Below are positions 26,771-39,948 of a stretch of 64,000 nucleotides of DNA, piece after piece. The notes under the pieces are model-generated. The model ran no database searches, was not told the DNA's origin, and worked only from the letters and a program-made list of their open reading frames with translations. Origin of the DNA: Rhynchopus sp. YZ270_cl-10 (lineage: Eukaryota); the NCBI GenBank assembly GCA_964035575.1, contig OZ037839.1, positions 124,001 through 188,000 of the forward strand, read 5' to 3'. The position numbers and the translations under genes are program-made. Each line of letters opens with the position of its first letter. Position 1 is the first letter of the stretch.

Positions 26771-29061
26771 CTACACAGTTTCGTTCACAGTACCCTCGGT
26801 CTCAAAGGCAGGTTCGGTGGGCTTCTGAGAGAAAAGTTGTGGTCGACAGTGAGTGGAAGTGTGGTGTGGGGGTGACATACTGTGTCCTCAGCCTTCGAGC
26901 CCTTGCACAAAAAGAACGCAACCACAGCAACGATGATCACCACAAACGCAGTGCACCCGAGAACAATACCAACAATCGCACCAGTGCTGAGAGTGTCATC
27001 AGAGTCGTTGTTCTCCACACACGACCCAGACGAGAGCAGGTAACCAGACTCGCATGCAAGCGCAACACAGCCTCCGTTGACAAGCACCATCTCGGTAGCC
27101 CCTGCAGCACTGCACTTCAGAGTCGGCACCACAGAGCTTCCGACAGTCATCGGTGTTGCAAACCCAGCAGCCACTGCAGCCTCGTTCTTCTTCAGAGATC
27201 CCACAATCAGCTCAGACATGTCCTCCGTGGCCACAGTCGTGATGTCTGCATCCTCCACATCAACAACGAAGATCGTCGACCCACACGACACAACCAAGGT
27301 GTCCGTTCTGCCCTTTGTCGTCTCCTCAATGGCTGTCCGCACTGCACCCTCAATTGCACCGTTCGACTGCTCGCAGTCCACGTTCCACTCCAGACGCAGC
27401 TTCACCTTCCCCCTCTTGGTCGGCTGCACACAGATGAAGAGGGTTTCCTTCGTCTTTTTCGTCACAGGGTTCACAAACCCCGCCGACTCCGAGCACACAC
27501 ATTTGCTCTCAACACACGTCGCTGCGGAATCGTCGTAAGTCCTGCAGTCTGCGTCAACATCACACCAGTCAACATCCTTCACAGTCAGCGGGGCATTCGT
27601 GGTCGGCACACTTGGAGTAGAGGTCTCTGGTGCTTGAGTGGGCACACTAGGCTTAGATGTCTCTGGTGCTTGAGTGGGCACACTAGGCTTAGATGTCTCT
27701 GGTGCTTGAGTGGGCACACTAGGCTTAGATGTCTCTGGTGCTTGAGTGGGCACCACAGTCTGTGCAGGAGGTGGCGGTGCTCTGCATTCGTACTGGAAGG
27801 CAAGGTACGACCTCCTGTAGTAGCGACCGCTTCTGAACTGCACAAACGCAGAACCACTCACCACAAGCTCCACACCCTCGAAGCCAGTGGTGTACGACGA
27901 CCAGTCATGCTCCAAGTTGAAGTTTGTGTCGTTCCCGGTCCCGGTCCCGGTCCCTGAGCTGTAGATAGACACGTAGGAAGAATAATACAACTGAATGTCA
28001 GAGAACTTCAGCACAACGTCGTAATCACACTCAATGTGCCAGCACTCCGTGTGGTAGCTGTCGTAGTTCTGAAAGCTCACGTTCCCAGTGCCTGTCAGGT
28101 CGTAGTGTTCTTCGCAGACGTAGTTCACACCAGGTGCACGTGTGTTTGGCGCAGGTGTTGGTGGTGCTGGAGTGGGCACCGCATCCGTACACACGTAGTC
28201 GAACTCAAGTCTTGACGACCCGCTCGTCAGCTTGCAACCGCTTCTGAACTGCACAAATGCAGAACCCTTCAGCACAACATCCGTGGGGCTGTCGTGTGTC
28301 ATATTGTTGAACCTCCTCTCCAAGGTGTAGTCTGTTCCATTTCCAGAATCGTTCCCTGTGTACAGGTCCAGGTAGGTAGTGCACTTCAGATGCAAGCGGG
28401 TGAACGAGATGACAACATCCTTGTCACACTCAATGTGCCAGCACTCCCTGTGGTATGTGTCGTAGTTCTGAAAGCTCACGTGCCCAGTCTCATTGTCCCC
28501 CAGGTCGTTGTGCTCCTCACAGACGTAGTTCACACCAGGTGCACGTGTGTTTGGCACAGCTGTGGGTGGTGCTTGAGTGGGCACCACATCCGTGCACACG
28601 TAGTTGAACTCAAGCTTTGACCATCCGTTACGATAGCCTCTGAACTGCACAAATACAGAACCGTTCAGCACAACATCCATGGGACTGTCGTTAAAGTTGA
28701 ACTTCTTCTCCAAGGCGAAGTCTGTTCTATTTCCAGAATCCTTCCCTGATGTGTACAGGTCCAGGTAGGCGCTGCTGTCCCGGTAATAGCCCCCCCGCAA
28801 GTAGGCTAAGTAGTGGTCCAGCTGTAAGCGGGAGAACGAGATGACAACATCCTTGTCACACTCAATGTGCCAGCACGCAACGTGGCCCCTGCTGTTGCTC
28901 TCAAAGCTCACGTGCCCAGTCGCATTGTCCCCCAGGTCGTTGTGCTCCTCACAGACGTAGTTCACACCAGGTGCACGTGTGTCCGGCACATCAGTAGCGT
29001 ACGTCATGATGTGTAACTCCGTACTTACACACAGAAGCGCTGCCAAGCATGCGCGCAGCAT
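26771..29061 (-). CDS. CUB-like membrane protein, paralog 5 (identical to 2); intron 26825-26880
   Basis: Identical translation. Confidence 0.88.
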
Positions 29062-29232
29062 TGTCTTTTGTTGTGTCAGCAGAATATCTGGTGTTGTGTT
29101 GTGGGGTTTATGATCGTACTCTTAGAGGTCAAAAGAAATCAAATAAAAGCAAAAAGGGGAGAGAAGAATAAATGAGGGAGGAATCTGTATTCAATTGGCA
29201 CCGTTGCTGCGAAATGCACGTGCGGGGAGGAG

Positions 29233-30253
29233 CTAGAGACCCTTCGCGGCGCTGCGCACCCTCTCGACACAGAACGTCACGTTCTCTGCACACCGCGGTA
29301 TGCGTGCGGACCCCGAGGATCTCTTCCGCCACCAAGAGTCCGCCGGCATCACCTCTGTCGAGATCCACTCCACGTGCAACGTCATCTTCGCCGCCTGCAG
29401 TCCGGAGAAGATTCTGCGCAGGATGCCGTTGCCCAGACGAGTCTTGGTGTGTCCCTTTTGCAGGACGAGTCGCACCGCATCGTTATCGACCCACAGGAGC
29501 ACGGACGGCCACCCGCTCCTGCAGGCATACTGTAACGCCTTCTCTGCCGCCCACAGCTCTGTCTTGATGGAGTCGCAGAAATGAAACAGCTTCAGACGCG
29601 CAACGTACGTTACCCGGAAGAGGATTCCAATCGCAAGACGCCGTTAAGTTGGAGAGGGCCTTCCTCTTCCATGCCTCCGGGAAACGAAACACAGCACACG
29701 GAACGTCCCACTCCAGTCCGATGTACGACACACGCTGCGCCGGAGCCTGCATGACCATGGCTTCGTTGACCTCACCCTTGCAGTACGCAATCCTGTATCG
29801 CACCGATCACGATGAGGTCGTCCAGGCACACCGCAGATCCCAAGGCAAAAGCAACTCCCCTAGAAACACCTCCACGTGTTCTGCGCAATCAACGGGAGAC
29901 AGCTTTGGAGGCTTCGGCAGTCGGGTGTTCACCGGCCTTCCATCCACGACAAGCCGCCTTACCAGCGGGTCAGCCTTAGGTACGTCGAATATTGCAACGA
30001 CTCCCCTCTTTCTGTCACACTCACGGACACGTTCCATCACCCTCGAGGTAAGAGCTTCTGAATACGTCTTGTGGTGCACCACTTCAGAAAACCCCCTCTC
30101 TTTAGGCTGCCGGCCAACCTGCGGACGTTCTCCAGACACAACGTACCATTTGTGAAATCGTCTGCTATTGCAACGTATCGAGGATGAGGACGTTACGATG
30201 CTGTTGACAACTGACGTGCCATCTGCACCGTGTCTCCTACTCCCAAGCCCCAA
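29233..30253 (-). mobile_element. DIRS-type RT/RNase H remnant, variant B (unit 4)
   Basis: Identical ORF fragments. Confidence 0.8.
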
Positions 30254-31640
30254 GCAGCGACAGAGGAGGCAGAAGCAGCAACATCGCAGACAAAGAGAGG
30301 GTCGTGGCGGAGAAGTCTGTGCTCGCCTTCACTCCGGTGAGAACGGCACCACCTGCACAGAGAGTCAAGAAGACAGAAGTGGACAAGGTGACTGAGGCGG
30401 ACAGCACGAACAGGAGGAGGAGGGGGAAGAGAGAAGGAGAGGGGGTAAATAGTCGCCCACCCCCTGTTTTATGTTTTGTGTTTTGTTAATGCACAATTCA
30501 AATACCACTCCTTGTGGGGTGCTTCTTTGTTGCCTTTTGGAAGGAATCTATTTTCCATCCCATGGTATTGTATTGCGCTTCCTGACGTTGCCTCAACTCC
30601 ACCAAAATATTAGGCAAAAATCCAGTGGTGGACTCCCAAAGAGAAGGGCTTGAAATACAACAAGAACAATGAAACAATGAATGAAATACAACAAGAATTT
30701 AAGTCGGCCCGGGAGTTATTTTATGGGGAAAATGTAATTGAAAACCCCGCAAAACCCGTATTTTGTGCCAACAATAAATCCCCGATGGGTTATTTCGAAA
30801 AAATTAATTTGATATACTGGGTGATCTACGAACGGGGGAGAGATTTTTTCACCAGCTCTCAGTAGCGTCTCGCAGGCTCTCACAGCTCACAGACTCTGAG
30901 AGCTTGTTAGAGCCAGTGAAAAAATCTCTCCCCGTTCAAATGGATCACACACCCAGAAAAAAAAGTCAAAACCAGAGTCAACAGAAAAAAAAAGTGAAGT
31001 TATTAATGCAGGCACCTCCGACTGACCCACGTACGATGCCAGCCATCCGGATGAAAGCACAAAGTACCCTGCGGCCAACAACAGAAGATGTAAAAAGGAA
31101 CCCTAAGTAGACCTACCCGTACCGTAAGAGAACGACGGAGGCACATAACCGCTCGTCAGCGGGCGGCCCACCTTCCGTTAAAGAGTTGTGAGCTTACAGG
31201 TACTGCAGTTCGCTGCACCCAACGCTTGGTGCACGATAGTCTACAGTCAAAAAATATCTCCCCGTTCAAATGGATCCCACCCAGAAAAAAAAGTCAAAAC
31301 CAGAGTCAACAGAGAAATAAAAAAAAACAAAAGAGGATAAACGACTCCGGAAGTCAACTCAGGGCCACTACACCACGTTTTGAAATACCGCATTTCCACT
31401 TTTCTTTGAAAACTGATATGTTTACAAACAAGAGCCAAAAAGACAAGGAAAGAAAGTGAAAAAAAGTCCTGAAGTACAGAAGGTGATGTGAGAAGGGAGG
31501 AGCACAAATGAGGGTGAAAACAGTTAGAGCGACCGTAGCATTTCCCTTGTCAACTTCGGCACCGCTTAGTCACCTTGACCATCATCGGTATCGCACAGCC
31601 TCAGGAAATAAAACTTGATTATCTCGTCAAGCGAGAGAGA

Positions 31641-33931
31641 CTACACAGTTTCGTTCACAGTACCCTCGGTCTCAAAGGCAGGTTCGGTGGGCTTCTGAGA
31701 GAAAAGTTGTGGTCGACAGTGAGTGGAAGTGTGGTGTGGGGGTGACATACTGTGTCCTCAGCCTTCGAGCCCTTGCACAAAAAGAACGCAACCACAGCAA
31801 CGATGATCACCACAAACGCAGTGCACCCGAGAACAATACCAACAATCGCACCAGTGCTGAGAGTGTCATCAGAGTCGTTGTTCTCCACACACGACCCAGA
31901 CGAGAGCAGGTAACCAGACTCGCATGCAAGCGCAACACAGCCTCCGTTGACAAGCACCATCTCGGTAGCCCCTGCAGCACTGCACTTCAGAGTCGGCACC
32001 ACAGAGCTTCCGACAGTCATCGGTGTTGCAAACCCAGCAGCCACTGCAGCCTCGTTCTTCTTCAGAGATCCCACAATCAGCTCAGACATGTCCTCCGTGG
32101 CCACAGTCGTGATGTCTGCATCCTCCACATCAACAACGAAGATCGTCGACCCACACGACACAACCAAGGTGTCCGTTCTGCCCTTTGTCGTCTCCTCAAT
32201 GGCTGTCCGCACTGCACCCTCAATTGCACCGTTCGACTGCTCGCAGTCCACGTTCCACTCCAGACGCAGCTTCACCTTCCCCCTCTTGGTCGGCTGCACA
32301 CAGATGAAGAGGGTTTCCTTCGTCTTTTTCGTCACAGGGTTCACAAACCCCGCCGACTCCGAGCACACACATTTGCTCTCAACACACGTCGCTGCGGAAT
32401 CGTCGTAAGTCCTGCAGTCTGCGTCAACATCACACCAGTCAACATCCTTCACAGTCAGCGGGGCATTCGTGGTCGGCACACTTGGAGTAGAGGTCTCTGG
32501 TGCTTGAGTGGGCACACTAGGCTTAGATGTCTCTGGTGCTTGAGTGGGCACACTAGGCTTAGATGTCTCTGGTGCTTGAGTGGGCACACTAGGCTTAGAT
32601 GTCTCTGGTGCTTGAGTGGGCACCACAGTCTGTGCAGGAGGTGGCGGTGCTCTGCATTCGTACTGGAAGGCAAGGTACGACCTCCTGTAGTAGCGACCGC
32701 TTCTGAACTGCACAAACGCAGAACCACTCACCACAAGCTCCACACCCTCGAAGCCAGTGGTGTACGACGACCAGTCATGCTCCAAGTTGAAGTTTGTGTC
32801 GTTCCCGGTCCCGGTCCCGGTCCCTGAGCTGTAGATAGACACGTAGGAAGAATAATACAACTGAATGTCAGAGAACTTCAGCACAACGTCGTAATCACAC
32901 TCAATGTGCCAGCACTCCGTGTGGTAGCTGTCGTAGTTCTGAAAGCTCACGTTCCCAGTGCCTGTCAGGTCGTAGTGTTCTTCGCAGACGTAGTTCACAC
33001 CAGGTGCACGTGTGTTTGGCGCAGGTGTTGGTGGTGCTGGAGTGGGCACCGCATCCGTACACACGTAGTCGAACTCAAGTCTTGACGACCCGCTCGTCAG
33101 CTTGCAACCGCTTCTGAACTGCACAAATGCAGAACCCTTCAGCACAACATCCGTGGGGCTGTCGTGTGTCATATTGTTGAACCTCCTCTCCAAGGTGTAG
33201 TCTGTTCCATTTCCAGAATCGTTCCCTGTGTACAGGTCCAGGTAGGTAGTGCACTTCAGATGCAAGCGGGTGAACGAGATGACAACATCCTTGTCACACT
33301 CAATGTGCCAGCACTCCCTGTGGTATGTGTCGTAGTTCTGAAAGCTCACGTGCCCAGTCTCATTGTCCCCCAGGTCGTTGTGCTCCTCACAGACGTAGTT
33401 CACACCAGGTGCACGTGTGTTTGGCACAGCTGTGGGTGGTGCTTGAGTGGGCACCACATCCGTGCACACGTAGTTGAACTCAAGCTTTGACCATCCGTTA
33501 CGATAGCCTCTGAACTGCACAAATACAGAACCGTTCAGCACAACATCCATGGGACTGTCGTTAAAGTTGAACTTCTTCTCCAAGGCGAAGTCTGTTCTAT
33601 TTCCAGAATCCTTCCCTGATGTGTACAGGTCCAGGTAGGCGCTGCTGTCCCGGTAATAGCCCCCCCGCAAGTAGGCTAAGTAGTGGTCCAGCTGTAAGCG
33701 GGAGAACGAGATGACAACATCCTTGTCACACTCAATGTGCCAGCACGCAACGTGGCCCCTGCTGTTGCTCTCAAAGCTCACGTGCCCAGTCGCATTGTCC
33801 CCCAGGTCGTTGTGCTCCTCACAGACGTAGTTCACACCAGGTGCACGTGTGTCCGGCACATCAGTAGCGTACGTCATGATGTGTAACTCCGTACTTACAC
33901 ACAGAAGCGCTGCCAAGCATGCGCGCAGCAT
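31641..33931 (-). CDS. CUB-like membrane protein, paralog 6 (identical to 2); intron 31695-31750
   Basis: Identical translation. Confidence 0.88.
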
Positions 33932-34102
33932 TGTCTTTTGTTGTGTCAGCAGAATATCTGGTGTTGTGTTGTGGGGTTTATGATCGTACTCTTAGAGGTC
34001 AAAAGAAATCAAATAAAAGCAAAAAGGGGAGAGAAGAATAAATGAGGGAGGAATCTGTATTCAATTGGCACCGTTGCTGCGAAATGCACGTGCGGGGAGG
34101 AG

Positions 34103-35123
34103 CTAGAGACCCTTCGCGGCGCTGCGCACCCTCTCGACACAGAACGTCACGTTCTCTGCACACCGCGGTATGCGTGCGGACCCCGAGGATCTCTTCCGCC
34201 ACCAAGAGTCCGCCGGCATCACCTCTGTCGAGATCCACTCCACGTGCAACGTCATCTTCGCCGCCTGCAGTCCGGAGAAGATTCTGCGCAGGATGCCGTT
34301 GCCCAGACGAGTCTTGGTGTGTCCCTTTTGCAGGACGAGTCGCACCGCATCGTTATCGACCCACAGGAGCACGGACGGCCACCCGCTCCTGCAGGCATAC
34401 TGTAACGCCTTCTCTGCCGCCCACAGCTCTGTCTTGATGGAGTCGCAGAAATGAAACAGCTTCAGACGCGCAACGTACGTTACCCGGAAGAGGATTCCAA
34501 TCGCAAGACGCCGTTAAGTTGGAGAGGGCCTTCCTCTTCCATGCCTCCGGGAAACGAAACACAGCACACGGAACGTCCCACTCCAGTCCGATGTACGACA
34601 CACGCTGCGCCGGAGCCTGCATGACCATGGCTTCGTTGACCTCACCCTTGCAGTACGCAATCCTGTATCGCACCGATCACGATGAGGTCGTCCAGGCACA
34701 CCGCAGATCCCAAGGCAAAAGCAACTCCCCTAGAAACACCTCCACGTGTTCTGCGCAATCAACGGGAGACAGCTTTGGAGGCTTCGGCAGTCGGGTGTTC
34801 ACCGGCCTTCCATCCACGACAAGCCGCCTTACCAGCGGGTCAGCCTTAGGTACGTCGAATATTGCAACGACTCCCCTCTTTCTGTCACACTCACGGACAC
34901 GTTCCATCACCCTCGAGGTAAGAGCTTCTGAATACGTCTTGTGGTGCACCACTTCAGAAAACCCCCTCTCTTTAGGCTGCCGGCCAACCTGCGGACGTTC
35001 TCCAGACACAACGTACCATTTGTGAAATCGTCTGCTATTGCAACGTATCGAGGATGAGGACGTTACGATGCTGTTGACAACTGACGTGCCATCTGCACCG
35101 TGTCTCCTACTCCCAAGCCCCAA
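34103..35123 (-). mobile_element. DIRS-type RT/RNase H remnant, variant B (unit 5)
   Basis: Identical ORF fragments. Confidence 0.8.
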
Positions 35124-36510
35124 GCAGCGACAGAGGAGGCAGAAGCAGCAACATCGCAGACAAAGAGAGGGTCGTGGCGGAGAAGTCTGTGCTCGCCTTC
35201 ACTCCGGTGAGAACGGCACCACCTGCACAGAGAGTCAAGAAGACAGAAGTGGACAAGGTGACTGAGGCGGACAGCACGAACAGGAGGAGGAGGGGGAAGA
35301 GAGAAGGAGAGGGGGTAAATAGTCGCCCACCCCCTGTTTTATGTTTTGTGTTTTGTTAATGCACAATTCAAATACCACTCCTTGTGGGGTGCTTCTTTGT
35401 TGCCTTTTGGAAGGAATCTATTTTCCATCCCATGGTATTGTATTGCGCTTCCTGACGTTGCCTCAACTCCACCAAAATATTAGGCAAAAATCCAGTGGTG
35501 GACTCCCAAAGAGAAGGGCTTGAAATACAACAAGAACAATGAAACAATGAATGAAATACAACAAGAATTTAAGTCGGCCCGGGAGTTATTTTATGGGGAA
35601 AATGTAATTGAAAACCCCGCAAAACCCGTATTTTGTGCCAACAATAAATCCCCGATGGGTTATTTCGAAAAAATTAATTTGATATACTGGGTGATCTACG
35701 AACGGGGGAGAGATTTTTTCACCAGCTCTCAGTAGCGTCTCGCAGGCTCTCACAGCTCACAGACTCTGAGAGCTTGTTAGAGCCAGTGAAAAAATCTCTC
35801 CCCGTTCAAATGGATCACACACCCAGAAAAAAAAGTCAAAACCAGAGTCAACAGAAAAAAAAAGTGAAGTTATTAATGCAGGCACCTCCGACTGACCCAC
35901 GTACGATGCCAGCCATCCGGATGAAAGCACAAAGTACCCTGCGGCCAACAACAGAAGATGTAAAAAGGAACCCTAAGTAGACCTACCCGTACCGTAAGAG
36001 AACGACGGAGGCACATAACCGCTCGTCAGCGGGCGGCCCACCTTCCGTTAAAGAGTTGTGAGCTTACAGGTACTGCAGTTCGCTGCACCCAACGCTTGGT
36101 GCACGATAGTCTACAGTCAAAAAATATCTCCCCGTTCAAATGGATCCCACCCAGAAAAAAAAGTCAAAACCAGAGTCAACAGAGAAATAAAAAAAAACAA
36201 AAGAGGATAAACGACTCCGGAAGTCAACTCAGGGCCACTACACCACGTTTTGAAATACCGCATTTCCACTTTTCTTTGAAAACTGATATGTTTACAAACA
36301 AGAGCCAAAAAGACAAGGAAAGAAAGTGAAAAAAAGTCCTGAAGTACAGAAGGTGATGTGAGAAGGGAGGAGCACAAATGAGGGTGAAAACAGTTAGAGC
36401 GACCGTAGCATTTCCCTTGTCAACTTCGGCACCGCTTAGTCACCTTGACCATCATCGGTATCGCACAGCCTCAGGAAATAAAACTTGATTATCTCGTCAA
36501 GCGAGAGAGA

Positions 36511-38666
36511 CTACACAGTTTCGTTCACAGTACCCTCGGTCTCAAAGGCAGGTTCGGTGGGCTTCTGAGAGAAAAGTTGTGGTCGACAGTGAGTGGAAGT
36601 GTGGTGTGGGGGTGACATACTGTGTCCTCAGCCTTCGAGCCCTTGCACAAAAAGAACGCAACCACAGCAACGATGATCACCACAAACGCAGTGCACCCGA
36701 GAACAATACCAACAATCGCACCAGTGCTGAGAGTGTCATCAGAGTCGTTGTTCTCCACACACGACCCAGACGAGAGCAGGTAACCAGACTCGCATGCAAG
36801 CGCAACACAGCCTCCGTTGACAAGCACCATCTCGGTAGCCCCTGCAGCACTGCACTTCAGAGTCGGCACCACAGAGCTTCCGACAGTCATCGGTGTTGCA
36901 AACCCAGCAGCCACTGCAGCCTCGTTCTTCTTCAGAGATCCCACAATCAGCTCAGACATGTCCTCCGTGGCCACAGTCGTGATGTCTGCATCCTCCACAT
37001 CAACAACGAAGATCGTCGACCCACACGACACAACCAAGGTGTCCGTTCTGCCCTTTGTCGTCTCCTCAATGGCTGTCCGCACTGCACCCTCAATTGCACC
37101 GTTCGACTGCTCGCAGTCCACGTTCCACTCCAGACGCAGCTTCACCTTCCCCCTCTTGGTCGGCTGCACACAGATGAAGAGGGTTTCCTTCGTCTTTTTC
37201 GTCACAGGGTTCACAAACCCCGCCGACTCCGAGCACACACATTTGCTCTCAACACACGTCGCTGCGGAATCGTCGTAAGTCCTGCAGTCTGCGTCAACAT
37301 CACACCAGTCAACATCCTTCACAGTCAGCGGGGCATTCGTGGTCGGCACACTTGGAGTAGAGGTCTCTGGTGCTTGAGTGGGCACACTAGGCTTAGATGT
37401 CTCTGGTGCTTGAGTGGGCACACTAGGCTTAGATGTCTCTGGTGCTTGAGTGGGCACACTAGGCTTAGATGTCTCTGGTGCTTGAGTGGGCACCACAGTC
37501 TGTGCAGGAGGTGGCGGTGCTCTGCATTCGTACTGGAAGGCAAGGTACGACCTCCTGTAGTAGCGACCGCTTCTGAACTGCACAAACGCAGAACCACTCA
37601 CCACAAGCTCCACACCCTCGAAGCCAGTGGTGTACGACGACCAGTCATGCTCCAAGTTGAAGTTTGTGTCGTTCCCGGTCCCGGTCCCGGTCCCTGAGCT
37701 GTAGATAGACACGTAGGAAGAATAATACAACTGAATGTCAGAGAACTTCAGCACAACGTCGTAATCACACTCAATGTGCCAGCACTCCGTGTGGTAGCTG
37801 TCGTAGTTCTGAAAGCTCACGTTCCCAGTGCCTGTCAGGTCGTAGTGTTCTTCGCAGACGTAGTTCACACCAGGTGTCAACACAACATCCATGGGGCTGT
37901 CGTGTGTCCTATTGTTGAACCTCTTCGCCAAGGTGAAGTCTGTTCCATTTCCAGAATCGTTCCCTGTGTACAAGTCCAGGTAGGTAGTGCACTTCAGCTG
38001 CAAGCGGGAGAACGAGATGACAACATCCTTGTCACACTCAATGTGCCAGCACTCCCTGTAGTAGTCGTAGTTGTGAAAGCTCACGTTCCCAGTCGCATTG
38101 TCCCCCAGGTCGTTGTGCTCCTCACAGACGTAGTTCACACCAGGTGCACGTGTGTCCGGCACAGCTGTGGGTGGTGCTTGAGTGCGCACCACATCCGTAC
38201 ACACGTAGTTGAACTCAAGCCTTGACCATCCGTTAAGATAAAGGCTTCTGAACTGCACAAATGCAGAACCGTTCAGCACAACATCCATGGGACTGTCGTT
38301 AAAGTTGAACCTCTTCTCCAAAGTGAAATCTGTTCCATGTACAGAAACCTTCCCTGTGTACAGGTCTAGGTCGGCGTTGCTGTTCCGGTAATAGTTCCCC
38401 CGCGAGTAGGATAAGCGGTCGTCCAGCTGTAAGCGGGAGAACGAGATGACAACATCCTTGTCACACTCAATGTGCCAGCACTCCGTGTGGTGACTGTCGT
38501 AGTTCTGAAAGCTCACGTTCCCAGTCACATTGTCCCCCAGGTCGTTGTGCTCCTCGCAGACGTAGTTCACACCAGGTGCACGTGTGTCCGGCACATCAGT
38601 AGCGTACGTCATGATGTGTAACTCCGCGCTTACACACAGCAGCGCTGCCAAGCATGCGCGCAGCAT
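36511..38666 (-). CDS. CUB-like membrane protein, paralog 7 (chimeric; second CUB truncated in frame); intron 36565-36620, ~699 aa
   Basis: 3' part is identical to the array up to 37876. CUB1 and CUB2 have different loops. The DSPMDVVL|TPGVNYVC junction removes the end of CUB2. Confidence 0.85.
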
Positions 38667-39698
38667 TGTCTTTTGTTGTGTCCACAGAATATCTGTTGTT
38701 GTGTTGTTGTGTTGGTATCCCTTGTAACGGATAATCAAGATGGTAATCACAATAGTATTCATGAGTCGTAACGTTGTCATTGCTACGAGAAGGCGAAGAG
38801 TTAGCACGTCTTGGGAACGAGGTTGGGGAAGGTAACCATGGTATTGTATTGCGCTTCCTGACTTTGCCTCAACTCCACCAAAATATTAGGCAAAAATCCG
38901 GTGGTAGACTCCCAAAGAGAAGGGCTTGAAATACGACAAGAACAATGAAACATACTACGGTGTGAATAGCTATCTCCACCCACACAGGAAAACGGCATAG
39001 TTGTGTGTTTCCATCATCCACTTGACCAAGCATGTCCTTAAATCGGGGAAAAATCAGGGATTTTCTGGTTTTCAAATCGCAAATTTTTTTTAGGGCACGG
39101 TAATTTTTATTTTTGGTAAGCGTCTGCGTGCGTACTTTTTTTTTGAGATTCCAGGGGAAAAAATTATGCAGAAAAAAAAATTATAAAGGGGGGCCCTCAA
39201 TAACTCAACAATGTATTTTAGGTAAAAAATGTATATTTTTCAGCGCAAATTGACCCTATCACAGCACACACAGACTCCCGAGAGCCGAAATCAAAAAAAA
39301 TTTCCCCCGATTTTTTGTGGGCAAAAATTGGTGGGAAAATATTTTTGGTACCTGTATTTCCCCCACTGTAATTTTCCTCTATAATTTTTTTCACCACTCA
39401 TAATTTTTTTTACTGCATAATTTTTTTTTGCGTGCGTGCGTACTTTTTTTTGAGAAGTGGTCTGACGCTTACCAAGAAAAAAAATTACCGTGCCCTTATA
39501 GAAAAAAAAATTTTCGCGCTGCGCGCGAAAATTTTTCACGCACAACTGGTGTGATTTTTCTAAAAAAAAGGTGTAAAAAAGGTCCTTCTAAGGTCCTTCT
39601 AAGGTATGGTAGGGCATTTCCTTACTAGTAAGCAAAACGTGACTTTTTCCCGAGCTTTCTCTGTGGTGGAGTGGACTTGTTTTCGATCAAAAAACTGT

Positions 39699-39948
39699 GT
39701 ACCCAGTACCCAGTACCCAGTACCCAGTACCCAGTACCCAGTACCCAGTACCCAGTACCCAGTACCCAGTACCCAGTACCCAGTACCCAGTACCCAGTAC
39801 CCAGTACCCAGTACCCAGTACCCAGTACCCAGTACCCAGTACCCAGTACCCAGTACCCAGTACCCAGTACCCAGTACCCAGTACCCAGTACCCAGTACCC
39901 AGTACCCAGTACCCAGTACCCAGTACCCAGTACCCAGTACCCAGTACC
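39699..39948 (+). repeat. 7-bp satellite (GTACCCA)n, ~35 units
   Basis: Visible perfect tandem array. Confidence 0.98.

Larger units (their letters stand above)
11250..37876. repeat. Near-perfect tandem amplification, period 4,870 bp, ~5.5 units (gene + retroelement remnant + spacer)
   Basis: Every ORF recurs at exact +4870 offsets with identical translation (12175, 17045, 21915, 26785, 31655, 36525). Looser homology extends left to ~7101. Confidence 0.97.

Noticed and set aside
9739..35123. Diversity-generating retroelement (RT beside a hypervariable gene)
   Set aside because: The RT is a DIRS-type remnant with RNase H, lacks YxDD and has stops. No invariant template repeat is visible, and the loops vary by indels at four separate sites. 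A trans-acting mechanism cannot be excluded from this window alone.
7267..37697. Plus-strand 316-372 aa ORFs (MVDSEWKCG...) and similar ORFs opposite the WD40
   Set aside because: Antisense shadows of the minus-strand genes, with no domain-like features.
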